39,338 bases of DNA from Alphaproteobacteria bacterium (GCA_028066985.1 JALCBB010000004.1:1-39338), one strand, 5' to 3'. Shown: positions 27,472-36,777, numbered from the stretch's first letter. Numbers and translations are program-made. Notes: generated by a model from the letters alone, not told the origin.

Positions 27472-30400
27472 TTTTCGGGGAGGCCGCTCAGCAACTTCAA
27501 ATGCCGGTTCGCCAGCAACAGCATAGACAAGCGCGGGTTCGCATCCACCCGCAACTCCGACAACAACTCGTGCGCCCGCTCATACTCCCGCCGATGCCGG
27601 CTCACCCAGCGGCCGATCGTCGCCTCCGGCTCCAAACCACGCCGCCCGCCCTGCGACAATATCCGCATCGTCAAAGCCGCCTGGTGAAAGTCCGCGTCCT
27701 CCAGCAGACTCTGAACCGCCAGTTTGTCCCACAATGTCAGACGCGGCACCTTCCCCGCCGCCGAACGCAGCCAGTCATACCCGAAATACTCCCCCACCCC
27801 GAAAAACAAACCCGCCACCTCCGCCACAGGCAGACCAAAACGCTGCGCCAGGTCCGATATCCCGCACGCCGACGACAAAAACGGCAGAAACGCCACCTCC
27901 CGCGCCAATGAACCGACAATCCCAAGTTCCGTAAATCGCTCCACCCGCCCCGCGAAACGCGCCAGACTGTCACCCTCAAGCAAATCCGCGCCCATCTCCG
28001 CCAGAGCCTCCACATCGCCGCGATAGCGCGCGACCTGCACCCCGATCGCGCCGTCGGCGCCGTTGCGCAAAAACCACGCCGTCGCCAGTTCGCAGAGACG
28101 CGCCGCCTCCACCAGCACCGCCTCGTCAGGACGGCGCGGATCAAAATCCATCGCCTCCGCAAGACGCCACAGACGCGGAATGGAAAACAACGCCAGCGTC
28201 ATTATCCACGCCCGCACCACCGCCTCGCTCTCGCTCCCCGTGCGCTCGCCGATCTCGCTCACAAACGCCACGCCCATCCGATTGCCGACGCCGTTCGCCA
28301 GCAGCATCGCCGTGATCTCGCGCCGCAGCGGATGCCGCAAAATCTCCGCCGAATAACGCCGCGACAACACCCCGGGAAAATACGCCAGCAACTCCGACTC
28401 CAGAAACGAATCCTCAAGCAGGTCCGAACCGATCAGGTCGTCATACAGGGCGTTCTTCGTGTGCGCCAGAAGCACAGACAACTCCGGACGCGTCAGACCC
28501 AGGCCGCGGCGGTTTCTGTCCTCAAACTCCTCGGCCTCCGGCAGACCCGACAGGCGACGGTCTAATTCATGGTGTCGCTCCAGATGCCGTATCACATGAC
28601 GCAGCCGGTCGCTCAGCGCGACGCTCAAGCCCTCCATCACGCTCAGACTCTGCACCTGCAGAAAATTATGACGCAGGACATGCGCCGCCACATCCGTCTC
28701 CATTGAGCCGAGCAGCCGGTCGCGCGCCGCGCGCGACAACTCGCCGCGCGACTCCGCGCCCGCCAGCAGAATTTTGATGTTCACCTCGTGGTCGGAGCAG
28801 TCCACGCCCGCCGAGTTGTCAATGAAGTCGGTGTTGATGTGTCCGCCGCAGGTCGCGTATTCAACGCGCCCGGCCTGGGTCACGCCGAGATTCGCGCCCT
28901 CCGCCACCACCAGCGCGCGCACCTCGCGGCCGCGGACGCGAATCGCGTCGTTGGCGTGGTCGGAGAGCGCCGCGTCGCTCTCATGACTGCCGCGCACATA
29001 AGTGCCGATGCCGCCGAACCACAGCAGGTCGGCTTCGGCGCGGAGAATCGCGCGCATGATGTCGGCCGGCGGCATCTCGCCCGCGTCAACTCCCAGACGC
29101 CGCGCCGCCGCCTCGCTCAGGCGAATCTGTTTCTCCGAACGCGCATGCACGCCGCCGCCGCGCGACAACTTCGCCGTGTCAAAATGATTCCAGTCCAGGC
29201 CGCCGCGAAAGAGCCGGCGGCGTTCCGCGAACTGAACGGACGGGTCGGGATTCGGATCCAGAAATATCCAGCGATGATTGAACGCCGCCACCAGCCGCAG
29301 CGAGCGCGACAACAGCAGTCCGTTGCCGAAAACATCGCCCGACATGTCGCCGACGCCTGTCACCGTGAGCGGCGCGGTGTCGGCGTCGCGTCCGAGTTCG
29401 CGGAAATGGCGGCGCACCGACTCCCACGCGCCGCGCGCGGTGATTCCCATCTCCTTGTGGTTGTAGCCCGCCGACCCGCCGGACGCGAAGGCGTCGCGCA
29501 GCCAGAAGTCGTGCGCCGCCGCGACGCCGTTGGCGATGTCGGAAAAATTCGCCGTGCCTTTGTCGGCCGCGACAACAAAATAGGGGTCGGGCGCGTCCAG
29601 ACAGACCACGCCTTCCGGACGCAGAAGGGCGCCGGCGGCGTCGCGGTTGTCGGTCACCTCAAGGAGCGCGGTGATGAAGCGGCGATACGCGTCCTCGCCC
29701 GCGGTCGCCAGCGCCGCGCGCTCGGCGGGCGGACGGCGCAGGGCGAAGCCTCCTTTCGCGCCCGCGGGAACAATCACCGCGTTTTTCACTTCCTGCGCCT
29801 TCGCGAGTCCGAGAATTTCGTCGCGGAAGTCGTCCGGGCGGTCGGACCAGCGCAGTCCGCCGCGCGCGATGCGTCCGAAGCGCAGATGCACGCCGTCAAA
29901 GTCGGGCGCCGAGACGAAAATCTCGGCGAGCGGACGCGGACGCGGCAGAAACTCAAGGCGGCGCGGCTCCAGTTTGAACGACACGACTTCGCCGCTGCGG
30001 CTGTCGGCGCCGGCGCGCCAGTAGTTGCTGCGGACGATCGCGCGCACCACTTCCAGGAGGGCGCGGAGGATTCTGTCCTGCGCGGCGTCCGAGACGGCTT
30101 CCAGGGTTTTTTCAATTTGTGTTTCAATCGCCGCGCCGCGCCGCTTGCGTTCTTTTGCTGTCGCCGTCACCGTCGCTGTCACCGTCGCGGACGATGACGG
30201 GGACATTAACGGTGACGATGATGCGCCCGCTGTCACCGTCTCTGTCACCTTCGCGGACGAGGACATTAACGCGGACGATGACGATGGCGCGCTCGTCGTC
30301 ACCGTTTCTGTCTCCGTCTCCGTCACCGTCGCTGTCTCCGTTTCCCCCGCGTCCGGGCGGAGGCGCGTTTCAAACAGCGACACCAGCATCCGCGCCGCCG

Positions 30401-32954
30401 CCGGCGTCCGCATCAGCGCGTTGGCGATGGAATCCAGACTCGCCGGAAAACGCGTCTGCAGAAGATAACGGCCGAAGGCGCGCAGAATCGCCGCCTCCTG
30501 TGGCGACAGGCCGGCGCGCAGAACCAGGCCGTTCATGCGGTCGTCTTCAATGCGTCCTGTGAGGACGCCGACAAAGCACTCCGCCAGCGCCTCGCGGATG
30601 TGCGCCGGCGGCGGCGGCGAGTCTCCGAGCAGCAGCGAAAAGTCGTAGAGCCAGATGCGGTGGCCGCCCGTCGTGCGGAACGAAAATGTATGCTCCTCGC
30701 GCACGCGGAACCCCATGCGCTCAAGCACCGGCAGCGTGTCCGAGAGCGAAAGTTGATCGCCCGGATGCAGACAGCGAAACGCCAGACGCGCCTCGCCCGA
30801 AGGAACATCGCCGGGCGCGTCATACGCCCGCTCCCCCGGAGACGCGCGCGCGCTCACATGATCGCCGAACCACTCCAGCCGCGCGCGCAGTTCCGCCTCT
30901 TCGGCGACCTGATCCAGCCACGCCAGATCCGCCGACGCCTGAATCGGCGCGTAGCGGTCGGCGTATTCGTCGGAGATGCTGCCGCCCCATCGGCGCAGCA
31001 CCGCCGCCGCGCGCTCCTCGCCGAGGCGTTCTATCAGACGCCGCGCCAGACGCTCGCGCCACGAACGCAGACGCTCGTCAATCTCGCGCGTCAGTCGCTG
31101 CAGCGAAATCTGCCGCCGCGCGCCGATGAAGAGTCCGTGAACGCGGACGAGCGAACTTTCGTCGTGAACGGCGCGGAGGGCGTGCGGCTTCGCGTCCAGG
31201 GCGCGCGCGACATAGCGGCGGATTTCTTCCAGCGCCGCCTCGCTCACATTGAGACGCGGCAGGCAGAGCGTCACATACCAGAGTTGCTCGGTCGTCTCGT
31301 GATGCGCGAAGACCCGCGTGCCGGGCTGTTCCTGAAGGCTTTCTATCGCGACCGCGAGTTCCGCCGTGTGCGGGGCGGGAAGGTGAAACAATTCGTCGCG
31401 CGGCCAGGTGTTGAGGATATGCCGCAGCGCCTTGCCGCTGTGCGACGACTCCGAGAGGCCGGCGCGTCCGGTGATTTCCACGAGTTTGCGGCGCAGGATC
31501 GGAATCTCGCCGATGTCTATGAAATACACATTGGAGGTGAAGAGTCCGACGAACATCGCGAAGACCGGCTTCTGTCCGCGCGCGGCGGGAAGGCGCACGA
31601 CCACGAGGTCCATCGGCGCGTCCAGATGAACGCGCGAGCGCATGCTGGATTTCCAGATCACCAGACGGCCGGGCGGCTCGTGGCGCGTCTTCGGCAGATT
31701 TTCGCGGCGACGGAAAATGCCGAGCGCCCGGCTCTGACTGCGGCGGCGCTCGGTGCCGGTCAGCGCGCCGAGGAATGTGAAGTGATCGTCGGCGAGCCAG
31801 CGCAGGAACTCGGCTTCTTCGGCGCGTTTTTCGCTTCGTGAGGACGAGGCGTCGGCGGCGAGGATGTCGGCGATTTCGCGGCAGCGGCGGCGCATCGCGC
31901 GCCAGTCGGCGACGGCGAGGTTGAGGTCGGCGTAGGTTGAGCGCATCTCGGCGTGAATCTCCGCCATTCGTTCCACCGCGCTCGGCGAGAGTTCTATCAG
32001 CACGACGGATTCGCTTTTGCGTCCGCGTGTTTCGGCTGTTGTGCCGGTCTCGCCGGCCGCGTCGGCTCTGGAGCCGGGGACGAGGTGCGTGAGGCGTCCG
32101 CCGGAGTCGCGGACGACGGAGACGACCGGATGCAGCACGAGGCGCGTCTCAACGCCGAGACGATTCAGCGCCGCGAGGGTGCTGTCGACGAGGAACGGCT
32201 TGTCGTCGTGAATCGTCAGCAGAAACGGACGCGCCGCCGACATCGGGTCGGATGACGGCGCGTGAAAGACTTCAAGAATCTCGCGTCCGCCCGCGCGTCT
32301 TCGCAGACGGCGGAAACTGTGCGCCGCCGCCGCCGCGAGCGCGGCCGGATCGCGCGCGCGCAGGGCTTCGTCGGTTGTGGTGGCGAAGAGGGCGGGCAGG
32401 TAGCGCGCCGCGAGCGCGAGTTCTTTTTTGTCGGACGCGTCGCCGAGGTCAATGCCGCCCGCCTGTCCGGCGAGTGCGAAGAGGGTCTGCGTCGGCTTGC
32501 CGCGCGGCGCGCGCAGGTAGCCGAGGCTTTCGGCGCTCAGGCGGTCGCGCACGCTGCCGGCTTTTGCCTGTCTCTTCGCTCCCGCCTTTGGCGCCGCCGC
32601 CGTTGTCGCCGCCTTTTTTGTCACCTTTTTGGTCGACGGGGACGATGAAGCCGCCCGCCTCGCCGCCCGTTTTTTTGTCGCCGCCGTTTTTGTCCCCGGG
32701 GACGACGAGGCTGCGCGTCCTCTCGCCTTTTTTGTCGCCTGCTTCGCGGACGCCGTTTTTGTCGCCCGCTTCACTGACACCTTTTTGGTCGACGGGGACG
32801 ATGAGGCTGTCCGTCTCCTTGTCCGGCTTTTTTTCGGCGCCGTTTTTGTCGCCCGCTTCGCGGACGCCTTCTTTGTCACCTTTTTGGTCGACGGGGACGA
32901 TGAGGACACCCGCCCTCTCGCCTGTTTTTTTGTCGTGCGTGTCTTTCGCGCCAT
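27468..32954 (-). CDS. gdhB: Large NAD-specific glutamate dehydrogenase with K/A/T-rich N-terminal extension and an internal T/S/E insertion
   Basis: DKPFLVDS, GVHLRFGRIARGGLRWSDR, VKNAVIVPAGAKGGF, DPYFVVAADKGTA, DAFASGGS, GVGDMSGDVFGNG, EGANLG, DNSAGVDCSDHEVNIKI; GGAGAGG RBS. Confidence 0.93.
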   Translation of the reverse strand: MARKTRTTKKQARGRVSSSSPSTKKVTKKASAKRATKTAPKKSRTRRRTASSSPSTKKVSVKRATKTASAKQATKKARGRAASSSPGTKTAATKKRAARRAASSSPSTKKVTKKAATTAAAPKAGAKRQAKAGSVRDRLSAESLGYLRAPRGKPTQTLFALAGQAGGIDLGDASDKKELALAARYLPALFATTTDEALRARDPAALAAAAAHSFRRLRRRAGGREILEVFHAPSSDPMSAARPFLLTIHDDKPFLVDSTLAALNRLGVETRLVLHPVVSVVRDSGGRLTHLVPGSRADAAGETGTTAETRGRKSESVVLIELSPSAVERMAEIHAEMRSTYADLNLAVADWRAMRRRCREIADILAADASSSRSEKRAEEAEFLRWLADDHFTFLGALTGTERRRSQSRALGIFRRRENLPKTRHEPPGRLVIWKSSMRSRVHLDAPMDLVVVRLPAARGQKPVFAMFVGLFTSNVYFIDIGEIPILRRKLVEITGRAGLSESSHSGKALRHILNTWPRDELFHLPAPHTAELAVAIESLQEQPGTRVFAHHETTEQLWYVTLCLPRLNVSEAALEEIRRYVARALDAKPHALRAVHDESSLVRVHGLFIGARRQISLQRLTREIDERLRSWRERLARRLIERLGEERAAAVLRRWGGSISDEYADRYAPIQASADLAWLDQVAEEAELRARLEWFGDHVSARASPGERAYDAPGDVPSGEARLAFRCLHPGDQLSLSDTLPVLERMGFRVREEHTFSFRTTGGHRIWLYDFSLLLGDSPPPPAHIREALAECFVGVLTGRIEDDRMNGLVLRAGLSPQEAAILRAFGRYLLQTRFPASLDSIANALMRTPAAARMLVSLFETRLRPDAGETETATVTETETETVTTSAPSSSSALMSSSAKVTETVTAGASSSPLMSPSSSATVTATVTATAKERKRRGAAIETQIEKTLEAVSDAAQDRILRALLEVVRAIVRSNYWRAGADSRSGEVVSFKLEPRRLEFLPRPRPLAEIFVSAPDFDGVHLRFGRIARGGLRWSDRPDDFRDEILGLAKAQEVKNAVIVPAGAKGGFALRRPPAERAALATAGEDAYRRFITALLEVTDNRDAAGALLRPEGVVCLDAPDPYFVVAADKGTANFSDIANGVAAAHDFWLRDAFASGGSAGYNHKEMGITARGAWESVRRHFRELGRDADTAPLTVTGVGDMSGDVFGNGLLLSRSLRLVAAFNHRWIFLDPNPDPSVQFAERRRLFRGGLDWNHFDTAKLSRGGGVHARSEKQIRLSEAAARRLGVDAGEMPPADIMRAILRAEADLLWFGGIGTYVRGSHESDAALSDHANDAIRVRGREVRALVVAEGANLGVTQAGRVEYATCGGHINTDFIDNSAGVDCSDHEVNIKILLAGAESRGELSRAARDRLLGSMETDVAAHVLRHNFLQVQSLSVMEGLSVALSDRLRHVIRHLERHHELDRRLSGLPEAEEFEDRNRRGLGLTRPELSVLLAHTKNALYDDLIGSDLLEDSFLESELLAYFPGVLSRRYSAEILRHPLRREITAMLLANGVGNRMGVAFVSEIGERTGSESEAVVRAWIMTLALFSIPRLWRLAEAMDFDPRRPDEAVLVEAARLCELATAWFLRNGADGAIGVQVARYRGDVEALAEMGADLLEGDSLARFAGRVERFTELGIVGSLAREVAFLPFLSSACGISDLAQRFGLPVAEVAGLFFGVGEYFGYDWLRSAAGKVPRLTLWDKLAVQSLLEDADFHQAALTMRILSQGGRRGLEPEATIGRWVSRHRREYERAHELLSELRVDANPRLSMLLLANRHLKLLSGLPEN
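32575..32945 (-). repeat. Degenerate coding repeats (SSSPSTKK / ATKTA units) in the gdhB 5' end
   Basis: TTTTTGGTCGACGGGGACGATGA x3 (~32626, ~32782, ~32881) plus a variant; repeated TTTTTGTCGCC. Confidence 0.8.
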
Positions 32955-33012
32955 TTAAGCCTCTCCCGAAAGACAACCCTAGCAGATTTTCGCCGTCCGC
33001 AAAAACCCGAAG

Positions 33013-33903
33013 TCAGCCGCCGCCGCGCTCGCCGCGCGCAAGCAGAATCGCCCCCTCAAGAGCATCGCCAAGCGGCTCCGACAAACATCCGCGCCAGCGC
33101 GAAGACAGCAAAGGCGCGTAAAGTCCGCTCAAGCCCCCCAGCAGAAACAGACGCGGTGAACGCTCCGGACACAACGCCGCCAGGGTCGCCTCCAACGCCG
33201 ACAGCGCGCGCGCGATGATCGCCGCCGCCGTCTCGTCTCCGTCGCGCGCGCCCGCGAAAACCCGCGGCGCATACCCCGCGAAGTCGCGCGGCGTCGCCGA
33301 AGCCGCGAACAACGCCAGACGCGGCGCGTCTCCGCCGAACTCTTCAAGGATCGCCGTCGTCAGGGGCGTGCGCGGCGTCACTCCGTCATGCGCCAGGAGC
33401 GACTCGCGCACCGCCTCAAAACCGATCACCGCGCCCGACGACTGATCGCCTCCCATGAAACCCCAGCCGCCCAGACGGAAAATCTCGCCGCCGCGCCGCG
33501 CGATATACACCGAACCCGTGCCGAGCAAAGCAAGCGCGCCGTCGCTGTCCGCGTCGCCGAGCGCGCCCGCGAGCGCCGTCTCGGAGTCGCTCACAATGCG
33601 CAGCGAGCCGAACGGCAGACGAGCCGAAACACGCGCCGCCGCCGCCGCGTCAATGTTGGAACCCGCGAGACCCAGCACCGCGTGACTCGCCGAAAATATC
33701 CGCGCCAGATCGCCGTTGTCCGCGCCCGCCGCGCGCGCCGCCTCGGACGCCGCCGCGACAATGCGCTCCGCCGCGAGCGTCTCGTAACTCGTCAGATTGC
33801 TGGATTCCGCCGCGCCGCGTCCGCGTATCGCGCCGTCGCGCGGCGCATACGCCGCCCGCGTGCCGCTGCCGCCGCCGTCAATCCCGAAAAACACCTCGGT
33901 CAT
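33013..33903 (-). CDS. BadF/BadG/BcrA/BcrD-type ATPase, probable N-acetylglucosamine/sugar kinase
   Basis: GIDGGGSGTR, LGLAG, IVSD, LGTGS, GGWGFMGGDQSSG, LLGGL, DALEGA. Confidence 0.85.
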   Translation of the reverse strand: MTEVFFGIDGGGSGTRAAYAPRDGAIRGRGAAESSNLTSYETLAAERIVAAASEAARAAGADNGDLARIFSASHAVLGLAGSNIDAAAAARVSARLPFGSLRIVSDSETALAGALGDADSDGALALLGTGSVYIARRGGEIFRLGGWGFMGGDQSSGAVIGFEAVRESLLAHDGVTPRTPLTTAILEEFGGDAPRLALFAASATPRDFAGYAPRVFAGARDGDETAAAIIARALSALEATLAALCPERSPRLFLLGGLSGLYAPLLSSRWRGCLSEPLGDALEGAILLARGERGGG

Positions 33904-33939
33904 TTAATTAACCTGCACACCCTGTCGTCCGTCAGTGAA

Positions 33940-34338
33940 AAACAATTTTAACTTTGCGGACAACGGCCGCAGGTTCAACCACGATTTAATTGACACCGTG
34001 GCGGTCGTCTGTCCCTTAATTAAAGAGAAAGACAATTTTAATTTTTTGCGGGCAGCGCCCGCAGGCATCAGTTGGCGCAGTTCGCTTGAGCCAACACTGT
34101 GAATGTCTAAGTCAAACTCCCACTAATGCCAGAGACCGCACTTCGAAAAGTCCCGTAGAACAAACCTCTGGCATTAGTGAGCGCTGAATTCAGACTCTTA
34201 AAGCAGTCGCTCAAGCGAACAACACCCACTTAAGCCCGCGGGCGCTGCCCGCCTCAAGCGAACAACACCCACTTAAGCCCGCGGGCGCTGCCCGCCTCAA
34301 GCGAACAACACCCACTTAAGCCCGCGGGCGCTGCCCGC
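33940..34338. repeat. Composite repeat E6: degenerate stub, converging arms and triplicated half-arm
   Basis: Stub AACAATTTTAACTTTGCGGACAACGGCCGCAGG at ~33941; arm + ~34038-34135; arm - ~34165-34252; linker and flank homologous to E2 inverted. Confidence 0.85.
34210..34338. repeat. Perfect 43-bp tandem repeat x3
   Basis: CTCAAGCGAACAACACCCACTTAAGCCCGCGGGCGCTGCCCGC at 34210, 34253 and 34296. Confidence 0.95.
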
Positions 34339-34346
34339 CGCCACTG

Positions 34347-34418
34347 AGCGGGCGAAGGGATTCGAACCCTCGACCCCAACCTTGGCAAGGTTGTGCTCTA
34401 CCCCTGAGCTACGCCCGC
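34347..34418 (-). tRNA. tRNA-Gly (GCC)
   Basis: GCGGGCGTAGCTCAGGGGTAGAGCACAACCTTGCCAAGGTTGGGGTCGAGGGTTCGAATCCCTTCGCCCGCT forms a canonical cloverleaf with anticodon GCC; followed by CAG, not CCA; TGGTATAGT -10-like box upstream. Confidence 0.96.
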
Positions 34419-34440
34419 ATACACAAAAACTATACCACAC

Positions 34441-35724
34441 CTACGGACACACAGGCAACTCCGACGAACCATGCCGCCGCGCCACCGAAAACTCCACCAC
34501 CCCGCCCAGCAAAGCGAACCCCCCCGCCAGCAGAAACAACCCCTCGTATCCCCCCAGCGTGACCAGCAGCCACACATAAAACGCCGACCCCGCCGCCTGA
34601 AACAAACCGAACAAAAACGACGCCCGCGCCCACACCCGCCGGCTCAACACCTCGTCGCCTCCGAGCAAAGCGCGAAGCCGCGCCGCCAGCACTCCGACCT
34701 GCGCGAAATTAAACACCCCGATGCAGAACGACATCACGCCCAGCACCCACACATTAACACTCGCTATCGGAACCAGCAGCGTCACCCCCAGCGCCAGCAA
34801 AGCCACGCGATACGAAAAACCGCGGCCGAACCTGTCGGCGAAGCGTCCGAAACAGAGAGAGCCGAAAATCGCGCCCGCTCCCATCATCTGCCAGTACAAT
34901 CCGCCCGTCGACATCCCGTAACCGAGTTCGCGCACCACAAAATCAATAAACAGCACCTGCGGCATCGCCAGACTCAGCGAACTCAGCGAATACGAAATAT
35001 AACTCCCGACAACCAGACGATGAACCGCCGAATCCACGGACGAATCCGCCGACACCGTTTCTGCCGCCGTCATTGTCGCCGTTGTCGCCGTCATTGCCGG
35101 CGCCGTTTCTGCCGCCGTTCGCGCCGGCGCTGTCGTCACCGTCGCCGTTTCCGTCTGCGAAGACTCGCGGGTGTCGTCGCTCCACGCGGCCCAGGTCAGT
35201 CCCGTCAGCGCCAGACATGTCACGCCCAGACCAAGCCACACCGTCGTCAGACTCAATTCCGACAACAGCGGCACCAGCAGCCCCGACAAAATCAGACCGC
35301 CGCCCATTCCCGAAACCAGGATGCCGCCGATCAGCGCATGATGCGGCGGCGGCGTGCGCGACTGCACATTGAGCATCGCCAGGACCAGCACCACTCCCGA
35401 GGTCATGCCGCCGGCGAAGAGAAAAAACGCGAACCACGCGAACTCGCCGGGACGCGAACACGCGAAAAAACTCAGCGCCGCCACGCACAAAGACGCGCGT
35501 ATCGCCGCTCCGGACGGCACGCGGAACCACGAGAACGACGCCAGCAGCGCGCCGGCGAGGTATCCGAAGAGGTTGCCGACGCCGAGGGTGTAGGTTTGCG
35601 TTTCGGAGAACCATCCTGCCTCTATGGCGAGCGGAATGAGGGTGGCGAAACTGAAGCGCGCCAGTCCCATCGTCACGAGGAGCGCGCAGAAGCCCGAGAA
35701 CACTATGTAGATCGTGCGTGCCAT
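34441..35724 (-). CDS. YbfB/YjiJ-family MFS transporter with T/A-rich central insertion
   Basis: MGLARFSFATLIP, NLFGYLAGAL, GRFADRFGRG; about 12 TM segments; start set at ATG 35724 (the longer ORF is a read-through shadow). Confidence 0.85.
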   Translation of the reverse strand: MARTIYIVFSGFCALLVTMGLARFSFATLIPLAIEAGWFSETQTYTLGVGNLFGYLAGALLASFSWFRVPSGAAIRASLCVAALSFFACSRPGEFAWFAFFLFAGGMTSGVVLVLAMLNVQSRTPPPHHALIGGILVSGMGGGLILSGLLVPLLSELSLTTVWLGLGVTCLALTGLTWAAWSDDTRESSQTETATVTTAPARTAAETAPAMTATTATMTAAETVSADSSVDSAVHRLVVGSYISYSLSSLSLAMPQVLFIDFVVRELGYGMSTGGLYWQMMGAGAIFGSLCFGRFADRFGRGFSYRVALLALGVTLLVPIASVNVWVLGVMSFCIGVFNFAQVGVLAARLRALLGGDEVLSRRVWARASFLFGLFQAAGSAFYVWLLVTLGGYEGLFLLAGGFALLGGVVEFSVARRHGSSELPVCP

Positions 35725-35817
35725 GGCGGACAGGATCCCGTCGCAGAAGTCCCGCGCGGCGGCCGGAGCGGCGCGCGTCTTGTGGCTATAGCACTCCTGT
35801 GGCAGAAATACCAGACC

Positions 35818-36351
35818 ATGAGCGACAGCCCCGGCCAGGACGCGCTTTTCCGCCTGCTTGACGATCTCGGGATTCGGCGGCACACCTCGCGCCATCCGCC
35901 GCTTTTCACTGTGGAGGACTCGCGGCGTCTGCGCGGCGAGCTGCCCGGCGCGCATATCAAGAATTTGTTTCTTGTGGCGCGACGGGGGAAGCGCGAGAGG
36001 TCGTACTGGCTTTACACTTGTCTTGAGGAGCGCCGGGTTGATCTGCGGGGTCTGGCGCGCGCGCTGGACGCCGGTCGTTTTTCGTTTGCGGATGCTGATG
36101 TTCTGATGCGCCTGCTTGGGGTTTTGCCTGGCGCTGTGACGCCGCTTGCGGTGTTTGCGGATGCTGGTTGCGAGGTTCGTGTTGTGCTTGACGCGGCGCT
36201 TGTTCGGTCTGAGGAGGTGAATGCGCATCCGCTTGTTAACACGGCGACGACGCGTCTGGCGGTCGGTGATCTTGTGCGTTTTCTGGAGCATTGCGGACAC
36301 TCGCCGCTCTGGTTTGACCCTGACACGAATTCCCTTTCCCCCTCCCCTTGA
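35818..36351 (+). CDS. YbaK/ProX-family aminoacyl-tRNA editing (deacylase) protein
   Basis: HPPLFTVED, GAHIKNLFL, RFSFA, LGVLPGAVTPLA, NAHPLVNTAT; start set at ATG 35818. Confidence 0.9.
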   Translation: MSDSPGQDALFRLLDDLGIRRHTSRHPPLFTVEDSRRLRGELPGAHIKNLFLVARRGKRERSYWLYTCLEERRVDLRGLARALDAGRFSFADADVLMRLLGVLPGAVTPLAVFADAGCEVRVVLDAALVRSEEVNAHPLVNTATTRLAVGDLVRFLEHCGHSPLWFDPDTNSLSPSP

Positions 36352-36777
36352 GAATGAGACAGGCGAAGCGCGGCCTTTGGCATTAGTGGGCGTTTGACTA
36401 AGACATTCACAATAGCCGCTCAAGCGAGCGATGCCAGCAGACAGGTGCGGGCTAGCCCGCAAAAAAATTAAAAATAAAAAGAAAATAATTTATTTAATTG
36501 ACCCCCTAAATAGTCCATTTAATCTTTAATTTATTTTTTTGCAGGCAGCGCCTGCAGGCATCAGTTGGTGCTGTTCGCTTGAGCCAACATCGTGAATGTC
36601 TTAGTCAAACGCCCACTAATGCCAAAATTCGCACTTCGTCTGTCCATTAATTGTCAATTAATTTCTATTTAATTTTTTGCGGGCGACGCCCGCAGGCATC
36701 AGTTGGCGCAGTTCGCTTGAGCGGCTGTCGTGGCTAGTCTGAATTTAACTCCCACTAATGCCAGAGGCTGGTTCTTA
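36352..36777. repeat. Composite repeat E7: three arms (-, +, +)
   Basis: Arms at ~36375-36470 (-), ~36530-36625 (+) and ~36670-36768 (+) with AT-rich linkers; lies between convergent genes. Confidence 0.9.

Noticed and set aside
34210-34338. Possible mini CRISPR array
   Set aside because: Units are directly tandem with no spacers, derive from the dispersed repeat, and no cas genes are present
34441-36462. 673-aa ORF as a fusion protein (and 34471-36351 on the plus strand)
   Set aside because: Each comprises one real gene plus the antisense of its divergent neighbour
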